From contig NC_045696.1 in NCBI RefSeq assembly GCF_009834535.1, forward strand, positions 82,338,001-82,402,000: a stretch of DNA of 64,000 bases. Reading direction: 5' to 3'. A program made the position numbers and the translations under genes. Shown piece after piece: positions 13,711 through 24,586 of this stretch (position 1 is the stretch's first letter; each line of letters starts with the position of its first letter). The DNA comes from Camelus ferus (Eukaryota). The notes beneath the pieces are model-generated. The model ran no database searches and had not been told where the DNA came from. It saw only the letters and a list, made by a program, of their open reading frames with translations.

Positions 13711-14859
13711 CTTGTCGCATTTAGGTGCTCAGAAAGTCCTTGATATCACGATTCTAACATCCAGTTCGCAAACATTTGAAAGTAATGTTAATGTAACTTT
13801 TAACGGAATAAAGAGATTTTTAAAGAAGGGAAAATAACCACATGTCCAATTGAACAGTGCTAACTATTTCAAAAGTTGGAATTTGCGTACACTTTTTCCA
13901 AAGCCCTTCAGGGCACCCATCAGTTGCCCTTCTTTTGAGTTTACTTTCTTCTATGGAAAAGAAGTGTTATATACTAGTTTATTTTCTCCGCATTGCGGGG
14001 CTGAGAGTTCAAGGAGAATTTCCGGGCTTTAGCCGGCTACAAAGGGGCCCGCAGCCCTTGGGTCCCGGAGTCCCGCTCCCGCAGCGGCGCGCAGCCCCAA
14101 ACTCTACAGCTGTTAATTTAGCTAGTGAGAAAGCGACCCTTTCAGCCTCTGGTGGAGCGTAGGGTAGCTTTTCAATTTCCTCCTGTGCTTTTGTACATGC
14201 TTTAGACAGTATTTGTTTAAAAATCTTCTACAAGGTGTGCAAAATTGAGAGGCTAAAAAAAAAAAAAAAAAAGAAAAAAAATCAAACACCGAAACGCACT
14301 TTTTGGCACGCAGTGTGCACACATTTTTCTAACCCTGAACTCCATATGACCTAAGAAATACCATTTTTTTTTTCCTGCAAAGAGGCAGACACGTTCTTAT
14401 GCCTAAAAATCAGAAGTTTTTAGCGAATAAGAATGAGCTTCCATATTACACTGAGGTGGGGGTGGGGGTGGGGTGGATAACCGGATGTAATTGCTAAAAA
14501 AATTTTAAAGTGAGATTCTACCATTTTGGTTTTGAGTACATTTTGCTTACAAACCACGGGAAAGAAACACAACAAAGTATTTGTCCAGTATATATAGAAA
14601 TAATAAAATTATTTAAAACTCATTTGAAATCCTAACACTTTTTTCTTTTTAGAAGTTGACGAGGGTTTCACAAATCCGGATAGTGCCTCGCGTTCTGCAA
14701 CTTTCCCCTGCCATCTCTCCGCCTTCTTCCAGTTTCAAGGGTGCGTTTCAGAGCTTCTCGCAGGCCCCTGGACAGACATTTATTAATCAGAATTTAATGG
14801 CTTTGAGAAATGAAACTTTTTTCCTGATATTCTCGGATTCCAGGAGGTGGGGAGTGGTC

Positions 14860-15350
14860 CAGCCTAGGTGAGACGCAATCGTGGGTGGCACTTTAGAACG
14901 CACGGGCGTCCACAGAGTTTACCGGCCTGGGGCTCTCCTGTTTCCCGGCCCGCACCTGCCGGGCTCAGGCCCCGCGGGGCCGCGTCGTGGCCTCTGTGAC
15001 GCGGCGTTCCAGGCTGCCGGCCCTCGCACTTCACTTTCCACTCTCCCGGCTCAGCTCGCAGCCAGGGCAGCCGGGCGGCAGGAGGCGGAGGCGGCGGCGG
15101 CGGCATGAGCTACTACCAGTTACCGGTGGTGATAGACAACGGCTCAGGAATGATCAAGGCGGGCCTGGCTGGTTCCCGGGAGCCTCTGTTTGTCTACCCA
15201 AACATCACTGGCCGCACCAAAAGCCAGACCAGTGCAGCCGAGCGCGCGCAGGAAGTATTCGTGGGGGACCAAGCGCAGGAGCGGAGGAACTCGCTTTCCA
15301 TCAGGTATCGCCCTCTCCCGGCAGGCAGAAACCGCGTGGAAGGGAAGGAG
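14860..15350 (+). promoter_or_regulatory. ACTRT3 CpG island / 5' region
   Basis: High CpG density, with a GGC-repeat leader immediately before the ATG at 15105. Confidence 0.75.
15105..15304 (+). CDS. ACTRT3: Actin-related protein T3 (ARPM1) exon 1
   Basis: MSYYQLPVVIDNGSGMIKAGLAG (actin phosphate-1 motif DNGSG..KAG). Donor CAG|GTATCG. 200 nt. Confidence 0.93.
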
Positions 15351-15886
15351 GGACAGCCCAGAGAGGGAAGCAAGGGTGAGAGAAAGGGTAAAGAAGCGAG
15401 GATGGGAAGTTTCAGCCAGCCGCCGTTACTGCAAACGCTGGAGCCACAAATCTGAGTGTACCAAAACAAACATCTACAGGGTGAACAGTATTGCTCTCTG
15501 TGTCTATACAAATGTATTCAAATGAATACAGTCATGGTTCGTAAAATACAAGTTCATTTAAGAATATTACTTAATTATGGTACCTTTGTCATTTGGGTTC
15601 TTTTTCCCAATTAACTTATATTAAATTTATATTTATGTGAAGATCCCTCCCCCCTTTTTTTAAGTCAAAAAGGGTAAAGGGGGAGGGAGAACAGAAAGCA
15701 ACCAAAATTGCCGAGGAAGTTAGCTGTGCTAATTTTTGCTGGCAGTTAAACTTTTCTCTGAGAGGTTTTGGCTGTCACTGCCCATAAAGGGTTACTCGTA
15801 ATAAATATGAGGATTAACCCAGGCTAGAAGAGAATAGAAACTGGAAAAATTAAAGGCTGCCATCTATCTTATTGCTCTTGCTACAG

Positions 15887-16805
15887 ATACCCAGTGGAGC
15901 GTGGTCTCATTACTTCCTGGGGGGACATGGAGATCATGTGGAAGCACATCTATGACTATAACCTGAAGCTAAAGCCCAGTGATGGCCCAGTTTTGATTAC
16001 AGAGTCAGCACTGAATCCACTGGCCAACCGGCAACGTGTCACTGAAGTGTTTTTTGAGCATCTGGAGGTTCCAGCCTTCTATATGTCCATCCAGGGGGTG
16101 CTAGCTCTCTTTGCTGCTGGCTTCACTACTGGCTTTGTGCTGAATTCAGGTGCTGGGGTCACCCAGTGCGTGCCCATCTTTGAGGGTTACTGTCTCCCTC
16201 ATGGTGTCCAGCAGCTAGATCTGGCAGGCCTTGACCTCACCAACTACCTCATGATGCTGTTGAAGGACCATGGCATCATGCTGCTTAGTTCTTCTGACAG
16301 GAAGATTGTCGCAGACATTAAGGAAACCTCTTGTTATGTGGCAATAAACTTTGAGGAGGAAAAAGCCAAGAAAGCTGACTGTATAGAGAAGGTTTACCAA
16401 CTACCCGATGGGAAGGTGCTCAGACTCCATGACCAGCTCTTTCATTGTCCAGAGGCTCTCTTCTCTCCAAGTCTCGTGCACCTTGAAACCCCTGGCATTG
16501 ATAAGATGTGCTTCAGCAGCATAATGAAATGTGATACAGATCTGAGGAATTCCTTTTTCTCCAATATTATCCTTGCTGGGGGATCGACCTCTTTCCCTGG
16601 TTTGGATAAGAGGCTGGTTAAGGATATAGCAAAGGTGGTGCCTGCCAACACCCCTGTGCAGGTTATAGCGCCCCCAGAAAGGAAAATATCAGTGTGGATG
16701 GGAGGCTCTATTCTTGCATCCCTGTCTGCCTTCCAGGACATGTGGATCACTGCAGCGGAATTTAAAGAAGTTGGACCCAACATAGTACACCAAAGATGCT
16801 TCTGA
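15887..16805 (+). CDS. ACTRT3: Actin-related protein T3 exon 2
   Basis: Acceptor CTACAG|ATAC. YPVERGLITSWGDME...PPERKISVWMGGSILASL...IVHQRCF*. Joined CDS is 1119 nt = 372 aa. Position between MYNN and TERC matches human synteny. Confidence 0.95.
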
Positions 16806-17049
16806 ATACAGATGACATGGTTAGAAGAAAATGTTTTGAGTATATGTGACAGAAATCTTTGGATATTATATGTTCCTGGGAGAACAGAAAATATTTCAAT
16901 TATTAGAATGTCCAGGTCTCTGTTGTGTTTCTGTAATGGGGGGCGGAAGGAATAATGGTGAAGCAGTCAAATAACACTTATTGAGTAGAGCCAAATTAAA
17001 TGCTAGAGGAGACATTATTCTTGACCCTGGGGATCTTTCATTTCCCTTG

Positions 17050-17810
17050 GAGAGAGAACAATTTGTGGTACAATATGATATGTGCCAAATGAGTGATAAA
17101 GATTTAAGTTTGTTGAAATTTATGGAAAGAAGGTTGCTAAGAGGGAAGATTTCATAGCAGAGGTATGCCATCAGGTGGCATTAGGATGGGTGTGGGGGGT
17201 AAAACAAAAGGCAGATATTCAGAAAAGCATAATGGAAATGAGTAAGAAGCTAGATATGAAGATGCACAAAGCATATTCAAGGCATGTTTAATACATTAGT
17301 TTTGTTAAAATGAAGAGCCCATATGAAGCAGACTAAAAGCAATGACTAGGAAGGTAAATTAAGGCCAGTGACTGAAAGGCTTTGTGTTAAATGTCCTACA
17401 GGCAAAAGGAAAATCATTAAAGGCTTAAAAGCAGGAGACATAGGGAAATTAATGTGAATGTGGTGATAGTTTGGAGGATAAATTGGACTAGGAAGACCCT
17501 GCAGATTCAGTGATCAGTTTAAAAAGTTATTAGTCTAGATATAAAGCAGTCAAGACTTATACTTAAAATTATAAGCAATAGGAATTAAAAATAAGAAATT
17601 AGGAAAAACTGACAAGTCTTGGTGCCTATTAATTATGAAGGGGAAAGAAGGATCTGCAATGACCTGAGTAGCTGAGAGAATGATGGCAGTGTTGATATAA
17701 CTCAAAGTATTTAGTGTCTGCTCTATGCAAAGCACTGTGCTAAGTGCATTGAGTGCTAAATCAGGAGTCAGATTGTGTCCTTGAGCAGCCAGCAGTCTAG
17801 TGTAAGAGGT
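17050..17810 (-). mobile_element. L2 LINE fragments
   Basis: Purine-rich degenerate L2 antisense sequence, including TATTTAGTGTCTGCTCTATGCAAAGCACTGTGCTAAG. Confidence 0.5.
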
Positions 17811-19779
17811 GACATTCATACCTTAATTATAATAATACAGGATAAAAAGTGATTGTGTCCTAAGAGAAGTATAAAGTGGGAAAATATTCATAAGAGGGAA
17901 TATATCTTGAGGGCTCAGGGAAGACTTTCTGATAGATTTGGCTTTGGGGCTGGGCTTGAAGGACAGATGGAATCTAAACCTAAGAGTGTTCTTCCTTCTG
18001 AATTTAGGGGCAGCACATATGGGTTCAGATTCAAGCACTACCACCTACCAGCTGCATGATTGAAACAAATTGTTTAAACATTCTGAAGATCAATTTCTTT
18101 ATCGATAAATGGGGTTGCTAATCCTAATCCCTGTCTGTCTCACGGGGTCATCATGAAATTCAAATGAGACAATGTCTCTCTACAGGCACGTTTACAATGT
18201 TATTTTTTGCTTATAGAATTAGAGAATTTATATGTCCAGCTCATGCTACTTCCTCCGAGGAGTCAGAATCTATCACTTGTGTCCTTCAGCACATTTATAT
18301 TACCTGTATTTCTCTTGACCACTTGATGTAGCCTTATCTTTTGGTTTGCTTGTCTTTTTCCCTTATTAGATATGTTCTTAGAAGACAGGGATTGTGGGCT
18401 TTCTCTTTTCATCTCTAACCCCCTTTCATGATGACTTCTATAGTACAATCTCAGTATGTATGCAGATGTATAGAATTGGACAGAAGCACACTACTGGCAG
18501 AGGCAACACTAGGGCAAGGGCTCTAAGGTATAAAAATGAGCATGTACAAGCAGCTGGAAGTAATTCAGTTTGGCCTGAGTTTGTGAAGAGGTGCATTTCC
18601 TCCCCATTTTAGTGATTGTAAGCAAGACTGGATAAGGTGTAGAAAATGGTTATCTAAGAGAAGTTTAAACAGTTGATGCTGCACTCACTAGATTCACAAG
18701 CACTGTAGAGAGAATGATCCCAACCCTCTCACTTTAGAATGCTTAAATTGCTTTTTTTCCTAAAATGTATGGTCATGGCTAACAATACATTTAATTTAAC
18801 CATATATCTAACTTAAACTTCAACAGCCCAGAGAGATGGGCAAGACAAGTAGTATTCCCATTTTACAAATAAAGAAATTGAGATTTAAAGAGGTTAAGAG
18901 ATTTAAGGTGATCTACAAAGTAGCTTGCTAGATTAGGCGGGCAAAACAATCCTTAACTGTGGTTTCTTAGGGAGTTAACCCAACAACTAGCCTAGAATAT
19001 TCTGTATGGACTCTAGCCTCTTCTTCAGGGTCATAATAGATCCTTTTCACATGGTAATCTAGGGAAAGAAAAAAAAAAAAAGCGAAAATTCCGTTTAGTC
19101 ATATTTTTCCTTATCCTAAGTCGTATCAGACCAACCTTCATGACATTTTACTTTTCTCTCAGGTCGAGGCAACAACAGCAACAAATCCAAGGAAGTCCAC
19201 CCAATTTAACGGGTTCAACTTCTACGATCAGCCGGTTACATGAAAAACAGCATTGTACCGGCCAATATAAAAAAGCTACGATTTATGTGCACTGCTCTTT
19301 TTTTTTTTTTTTTTAAATGTAATCACAATGCTACATTAACGCGTTCAATGATTGAAAAGCCTTTATTTCCTAATAAAAGGGAGATTCAGTCCTCAAGTTA
19401 AAATTAGGAATGAAATAGTTCCTCACGTGTAATAAAAGACATCCTCTGCTCAAGCAGTTGAAGAGAAGGCTTTCTAATGAGAAGCGAGCAGATAAGAAAC
19501 TCGGAGGCAGGCAGCCCAACGAGCTGAGTCAAGATTTTGGTTTAGTTGGTGCTGCTTGGGAATCTATTTTCGTAAATATCTCTAACAAAAATGTTATCAA
19601 AAAAGAATCACTGTTTTGCGTCCCTGGCCCTAAAATTTTTCTACGAGCTCCTTTTTTTTTTTTTTTAAGATAGTTACGTGTATCGCGCCTGCTCTAAACA
19701 GCACTCAGAAGCAATCAGGTTACAAGTCAACACGTCGAAAGAAAATTCAAATCTTCCGCTAACGAACGTGAGGGAGGAG

Positions 19780-19930
19780 CGGCGGCGATTGCCCTCACGC
19801 CCCGAAACAATTTTTGAAAAAAATTTTTTGCGAGGCCCGGCTCTCGCGAGAGCCGCGGCGGGCGGGCCTCAGCCAATCGGCGCAGGCGGCGGCCACTTCC
19901 TTTATAAGGACACGCAGCCGGCTGCGCGGC
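19780..19930 (+). promoter_or_regulatory. TERC Pol II promoter
   Basis: CCAAT at 19873-19877, ETS CACTTCC at 19894-19900, TATAAG at 19903-19908 (~-28), GC boxes, and TCTCGCGAGA at 19842-19851. Confidence 0.9.
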
Positions 19931-20370
19931 GGGTTGCGGAGGGTGGGCCCGGGGGCGGTGGCGGCCATTTTGTACCTAACCCTAACTGAGAAGGGCGTAG
20001 GCGCGGCGCTTTTGCTCCCCGCGCGCTGTTTTTCTCGCTGACTTTCAGCGGGCGGAAAAGCCTCGGCCTACCGCCATCCACGATTCAGTCTGAAGTAAAC
20101 AAAAAATGTCAGCCGCTGGCTCGCTCACTACTCCCGGGAACCTGCGGTGGCTCGCCCGCCCAGCCCCCGCGCCCGCCTAAGGCCGCGGTCTGCCCGGGGC
20201 TTCTCCGGAGGCACCCATTGCCGCCGCGAAGAGTTGGTCTCTGTCAGCCGCGGGTGTCTCGTGGGCCAAGGCGAGGCTCTGACCGCAGGGAAAGGAATGG
20301 AGCGGGTACCCGCGCGCGGTGCGCTTCTCTGAGCTGTGGGACGTGCACTCGGGACTCGGCTCAGACACTT
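19931..20370 (+). ncRNA. TERC: Telomerase RNA component (~440 nt)
   Basis: 5' GGGTTGCGGAGGGTGGG. Template CTAACCCTAAC at 19976-19986. Pseudoknot strands GCTGACTTTCAGC at 20037-20049 and AAAAAATGTCAGC at 20101-20113. CR4/5 P6.1 AGAGTTGGTCTCT at 20230-20242. H box AAAGGA at 20291-20296, CAB box TGAG at 20330-20333, ACA at 20365-20367 plus 3 nt. Confidence 0.98.
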
Positions 20371-21316
20371 GCAGCCTGAGGAGCTGCTGGGAGGTCTCCA
20401 GTCTGCTTTCTCACTGGAAGGAGGGCTCCTTTTGTGCGCGCCCGTCTTCCCTCGCCTGTGGACCTCCAGACTTGCAGATTGTACCAGGGTGCGTGCAAAT
20501 AAATTGTCAGGACACGTGGCGGCACCCCCGAAATTGGTCCAAATGAATGGGCAGTGAGCAGAGTAGCCAGCTAGCCACTCCTGTTTTTGTCTTAATCCCC
20601 TTCCTCTGGTTTCATTGCCCTTTATCTTTGTATTGCAGCGTCGTTTCTGCTCTGCGGATTTTCTTAATGTTTTTTCCTTCCCCGGAGTAGATCCCGACCT
20701 GTCCCCTCAGTTGGGCGTGGAAGAGCAGTGGGGGGGGGGGGGAGATAATTAAACATTTCATAAGTATTTGTTAGCTAGGCTTGTGTTCTCAACACAGTGG
20801 AAATTATGTTCCTTAGGGGTTGTTGCTTTTCATGTTTGCCTCCGTCTTTGGATGCAGAGTATTAAGTGGTGAGAGAAAAGAAGTTTATGAAGAAATACAT
20901 ATACCCCATTTTCCAAATAATTGGGCCAGATTTCTTTGCCAAAAGGTGGGGGGAAGCTAAAGGCACATTAGATTAAAGGAAACAACCAATAGGCCATTCT
21001 GCCCACTCATCCACAAAACCTAACTTCCAGGTTGATGTGAGGATTCATCCGAAGTCAGTGCCTTCACTTCCTTAAGACAGCTATTCTCGCGGCAGTTGCT
21101 GGGATAGTAGCCAGCAGCCTGAATTATAAAGACAAATGATCAGTGTGATACCCTGCTGGGCTCTTGACCCGACAATGGAAGGGGTAAGTCAGGAGGACCA
21201 GGTCAGTAAATGTATGAACGTGTAGGTCTACAGCATCTCAGCTTGTTACCTGAAGTAGGTCCCTCAGTATCGTCTAACAAATATAATTCTTAGCTCTCAG
21301 TTAAGAAATGTGAGAA

Positions 21317-21431
21317 GTGGGGGTATAGATCGGTGGTAGAGCACATGCTTAGCATGCACAAGGTCTCAGGTTCAATCCCCAGTGCCTCCATTAAAGACAA
21401 AACAAAACGCTTACCCCCTCCCCCCAAAAGA
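21317..21431 (+). mobile_element. Vic-1-like SINE with TSD
   Basis: tRNA-like head and C-rich/A-rich tail. TSD AAGAAATGTGA at 21303-21313 and 21432-21442, at a TT|AAGA L1 endonuclease site. Confidence 0.85.
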
Positions 21432-21953
21432 AAGAAATGTGAAAAAAATTGTAATGCACTGTTTCTGGTAATTTTCTCTAAATAAGAAGGAAAAAAAAAA
21501 TTCCCAGCAGCGAGGTTCTAGTTCTGATTTTGCTGAAGACTTTTCTAGATTCTTGAAGTTACTCAGCTAGCTTCACTAAACTTCCATTTACGAAGAAAGT
21601 GGTCTTTTAAGATCTCTTTTGAAGTTGGTCAGGGTTCCTTGAACTACAAATAAATAGATGTCTTTTGTTCCTGCTCCACCTAGTGGTATTTCTGCTTCTC
21701 CACATTTACAAAATTTGGTGGAACTGGACCTGAGGCAAGGATGGCCACCTACTGGGGGTACTTATTTTTCTCTTCTTTAAAAGGAAAATAGTGATTTAGT
21801 AAACGCAGTTTAAAGAAAGACCACAGCTGTTTTCTAATTCTTATACTTGACAAAATGTCATGTAAACATTCCAAAGGAAAACATTCTTTCCAGTATTATG
21901 AACACTTGAGGTATTCTTTCTGTTTTGGCAGAATGATTCTCTTCCTTAAATTA

Positions 21954-22027
21954 CATAATTTTGCAGTAAGAAGGGACCACAGAGGTCCTCCATAATTTTG
22001 CAGCAAGAAGGGGCCACAGAGGTCCTC
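21954..22027. repeat. 37-bp direct tandem duplication
   Basis: CATAATTTTGCAG(T/C)AAGAAGGG(A/G)CCACAGAGGTCCTC x2 with 2 mismatches. Confidence 0.95.
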
Positions 22028-22413
22028 CAGTGAGATAATTTACATGAGAGCCTTCTGTAGATAGTAAATCATTATGGCAAACGTGACTTTTTATTGCTAC
22101 AAGAATTAAGTCCTAGCAGATGAAGAAACTGCATTGCCTAAGTTAATTTTTTACAGAGTTAGGACCAGCAGCTAGGCCTCTGAATTGCCAAGTCTCGTTT
22201 TCTGTTTACTATGTGGCACCTTAAAGCTGTGTTGGCTTCCCTGGGAAAGATGATGAGCGTTAACTCCACGATCGTTTTCTGGTTTAAAATTAAACATCCT
22301 CAATGGTTACTTACCTGTGAGCTCAGTTTCCATTTCCTGCTCCCCTCCCTCCACGACCTTCGATATGATTCTGTGCTGGAAAGTCCAGTGTGTGTTTCAC
22401 TATTTTACAAGTA

Positions 22414-23064
22414 TGCTTGATTCTTGTTATTTGTGGTAGTTATGTTCTGTAAAGTCACTATAAACACTGAATTAGTGAATATGGAACCATTTCTCCTAGG
22501 GGAAGTACAGGATTAGGTTCCTGAGAGCCTCTAGTCACAACGTTTTCATCTACTGATCAATGTATAGTCTTGTTTTATGTGTATTTCTGTTTAAAGACAC
22601 CTTATTTAATATACATTATTTATTGATTAACGTTGAACTCATATCCAACGGCACTATAGCTCTTGCCTGTACATAAGCTTACCTACACGTGTATTTTCTC
22701 TGTAAGTCATGTCACAGCCTTCTTGCACTTAGGAATACCAGACAGCACTTCAGCACTATGCTTTGGGGTCATTTTAAACAGCAAGATCACCAACAAGAAG
22801 CACAAAAATGAAAAAAAAAAAGTGCTACTAAATAGATAACAAAAATGGTATGTGTTTACAGTGTTCTTTTTGGAACATGTAGGCAGAGTGTCACCTTGTT
22901 CGACCTCAGCTGGGAACTTCTGTGTCAGGTGACTCAAATTTTTCACTGCTCTGCATGTGTCTATGAATGACTAAAAAGCTGTAGGTATTGATTTTGGGGT
23001 TACACATAAATTTTAGTAGGTGAATTTACAAATATGGAATCTGCAAATATTGAAGGTCGACTAT
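22414..23064. mobile_element. MER82-like TcMar-Tigger DNA transposon, near full length
   Basis: Starts TTGATTCTTGTTATTTGTGGTAGTTATGTTCT..., ends GCAAATATTGAAGGTCGACTATA. Ends are degenerate inverted repeats. ~650 bp. Confidence 0.75.
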
Positions 23065-23898
23065 ACTTCAAGGTCTGTGTGACACCTGTACCTGAGAGAG
23101 ACTGCAGGTGTCCACATGGCCCCTGAAGTACTTGAGGCTTATTTCATGCCTTTTAGATTACTTAAACAAGTAATTTGCAAAGAGTTTTAATGCGGGAAGG
23201 GGAAAGTGAAGTTTGAAAGTAACACTGTTTGTCTCATGTTACTTATTTTCAGTTACTTATGTTGAATTTCAAATAATAAAGGAGAATGAGAATTCAAGCT
23301 CATGAAGGAAGCTATAGCTTTAAAAATACTGAGAAACATGGGTTTTGTTCTGTCTTTAGAATGAAAGGCTTCTAAGGTCCTGGGCTGGCTATAGTTTTTG
23401 ACTCTGAGGGTGATGTGAGTTTTAATATAGCTTGTCCTGGTTCTTCTGGTTCTGCAGTCAAAAATTCCATATTAGCCAGGCTCAATACATAAGCGACAAA
23501 TAGATGGTGGATGCACCCACACTCACACAATGTATAGAGGAAGAGTGGTTTTAAGTTAAATTAAGGTGAGAATGAAATGACAGAAGGTGATTGTCATTTC
23601 TTCCCCACTTATTATTCTTTTAAGGTACTAATGTGTGATGGAAGTAAAAAGCAGCAAAAATACCCAAGGCTTAGGCCGAGATTTGCAAATTTAAATATCT
23701 GCAGCGGGGAATCATGCCAAGAATAAGAAAATAGACTGCGGAGATGGTGGGAGGAATGTCCCTTTTAAAGGAGCAGCAGCCTTGTGGGATTGGAGGCCTA
23801 AAATTGCACATATTTCAGGGGGAGACAAAAAGTTTAGGTTTTTATGTGAACACTGATTTAAAAATGTTGATAGCTAATTTAAAATAAAATTTAAATAT

Positions 23899-24586
23899 TG
23901 TGGTGTATAATAAAGAATTTGGCTTTTATTCCTGAGTCCCATGAAGTAGCTTGTGTACCCTTGGAATTTCCTGAGTCATAGAGGTGTGTTTCTTATTCAT
24001 GGTGGGCCCTTCAGGCCACACCTAATAGCTTATAGGATGACCTAGGATAGGGGCTGGTCACACCAGCAAGACCTCCAGGAGAGGAGAGCGGCTAGAGACC
24101 GAGTTTTGTGACCAATGAGTCAATCAAGCGTGCTGATATAGTGAAGTCCCAATAAAAACTCTGGACAATTTGAAGTTGGGAGGCATTTTCCTGGTTGGCA
24201 GTACTCTGTATTGTCATGTGTTAATGTATTGGGAGGACAGTGTGGTCCTGAGGACACAGGAGAGAACAAGGAAAGCTTTACTTTTGGGACCCTCCCAGAC
24301 CTCACCCTATGCATCTCTCCCTTTGGCTGGTTTGGATTTGAATCCTTTTGCTGTAATGAAACTGTAATCTTAAGTATAGGACTTTTCTGAGTTTTGTGAG
24401 TCATTCTAGTCAATTATCTTACCTGAGGGTGTAGCTAGCTGAATCATAGCCAGTTGGTCAGAGGTGAGGATGGCTTGGGGATCCCAACTTTAAGCTGGTG
24501 TCTGATGTAAGGGCAGTCTTGAGAACTGTGCCCTTAACCTGCGAAGTTGGGCCTAACTTGGGTGTTGGTGTCAGAAGTCATTACAC
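23899..24586 (+). mobile_element. MER21-like solo LTR
   Basis: TGTGG...TTACA termini, CCCTTGGAATTTCCTGAGT and GGGGCTGGTCACACCAG blocks. Similar to the fragment at 27560. Confidence 0.7.

Noticed and set aside
15105..15455. 116-aa ORF as a separate short actin-like protein
   Set aside because: It is ACTRT3 exon 1 read through into the intron. Splicing 15304 to 15887 yields the complete 372-aa frame.
17166..17182. CTCF-like CCATCAGGTGGCAT
   Set aside because: It has core mismatches and sits in degenerate L2 sequence. Too weak without data.
19975..19986. Interstitial telomeric repeat
   Set aside because: It is the TERC template within a complete telomerase RNA.
21954..22027. CRISPR-like 37-bp repeat
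   Set aside because: Two abutting copies with no spacer, in mammalian DNA, and no cas genes.
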